NCBI GenBank assembly: GCA_036918135.1
Contig: JBALDB010000027.1
Location: 29,559 to 93,558, forward strand
DNA length: 64,000 nt
Source of the DNA: Nostoc sp.
GTDB taxonomy: Bacteria > Cyanobacteriota > Cyanobacteriia > Cyanobacteriales > Nostocaceae
Reading direction: 5' to 3'
Shown: piece by piece, positions 63,153-64,000 of the stretch
Position numbering within the stretch: position 1 is the stretch's first letter
Layout of the letters: every line of letters starts with the position of its first letter
Position numbers and translations under genes: made by a program
The notes under the pieces: generated by a model
Database searches by the model: none
What the model saw: the letters and a program-made list of their open reading frames with translations, nothing else
Told to the model about the DNA's origin: nothing

Positions 63153-63881
63153 ATGACAGTCCTCACCCAAGACTATCAAATCACTTGGGAAAAACTACCC
63201 GATGATTACAAACTGCCAGATGACCCAGTGGACAACATCAACCAACCAGCCTTGGCTGCTGCACTCACAGAAAGCCTACAATTAGCCGGAAAAATTTCAG
63301 CTAACGCCTTGACAACAACTAATTACGGTATTTGTGCCACTCTAAATAACAGAATAGTTATTAAAGCCCCCGATTGGGCTTTCATTGCCAAAATTAATGT
63401 TAGTAGAGAAGAAGTAATACGCAGCTACACACCTCAATTACAGGGTGACATTCCCGTAATCGTGATGGAATTTGTTTCCGATACACAGGAGACGGAATAT
63501 TCTATCAAAGCGACATATCCCCCAGGAAAATGGTTTTTCTACGAGCGGATTTTAAAAGTACCAAACTACATCATCTTTGAGCCACAAAGCGGCAGTATCG
63601 AAACGTATCGCTTACAAAAGACACAAGAGTACATCTTGCAAGAACCTGATGAAAATCAACGCTACTGGATACCAGAAATCAATCTTTTCCTTGGCGTGTC
63701 GCAAGGTACTCGTGAAAACCGCACAGGAAAGTGGTTACGGTGGTGGGATGAACAAGGAAACCTTTTACCTTGGGGAACAGAATTAGCCGAACAAGAACGC
63801 CAACGCGCCGAACAAGAACGCCAACGCGCCGAACGATTAGTGGCACAATTGCGGGCTGCGGGAATTGAACCTGAAGATTAA
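63153..63881 (+). CDS. Uma2-family putative endonuclease
   Basis: KLPDDPVDN, KAPDW, VMEFVS, KWFFYERIL and AEQERQR tail. Confidence 0.9.
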   Translation: MTVLTQDYQITWEKLPDDYKLPDDPVDNINQPALAAALTESLQLAGKISANALTTTNYGICATLNNRIVIKAPDWAFIAKINVSREEVIRSYTPQLQGDIPVIVMEFVSDTQETEYSIKATYPPGKWFFYERILKVPNYIIFEPQSGSIETYRLQKTQEYILQEPDENQRYWIPEINLFLGVSQGTRENRTGKWLRWWDEQGNLLPWGTELAEQERQRAEQERQRAERLVAQLRAAGIEPED

Positions 63882-64000
63882 ATTTATTGTAAATAATTTA
63901 GGTATTTACAGTAATCCTAAATAGGTTGTGAACAGTTACTCGTACATAAAAACCTTATTGAAGGAAAAAACTTGGTGATTAACAGCGAACTCAAACAAGA

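Noticed and set aside
63786..63836. 21-bp tandem repeat at the end of the Uma2 gene
   Set aside because: It is the ordinary AEQERQR coiled-coil tail of cyanobacterial Uma2 proteins and is unrelated in sequence to the 41.2-kb array.

Overview
Chromosomal segment of a heterocyst-forming (Nostocales-type) cyanobacterium. This is inferred from frequent HIP1 octamers (GCGATCGC), abundant short tandem repeats (STRR) and genes such as cphBA, flv1A/flv3A, rpaB, nblB and rbp. Most of the window is core metabolism and signalling: RND efflux pair, Rbp, two histidine kinases (one behind a FIST/NosP-like sensor), coaX, argH, larB/cpmA, ispF, trmD, cphB, cphA, tatA, two Ser/Thr kinases, cbiT, cdsA, malQ, ridA, dps, carB, a group 2 sigma factor, mutT, radA and Uma2. 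An accessory island at about 39.3-45.1 kb holds two inactivated toxin-antitoxin pairs, an uncharacterised 157-aa helical protein, an array of ten 21-bp dyad-symmetric repeats, a STAND-like ATPase-TPR protein and a MITE with target-site duplication. The 157-aa gene plus 21-bp array is the best candidate for an undescribed system. Intergenic DNA carries many small dispersed elements, including a five-layer nested self-insertion upstream of cphB. No rRNA, tRNA, CRISPR array or intact transposase was recognised. All family assignments come from motif recognition, not database searches.
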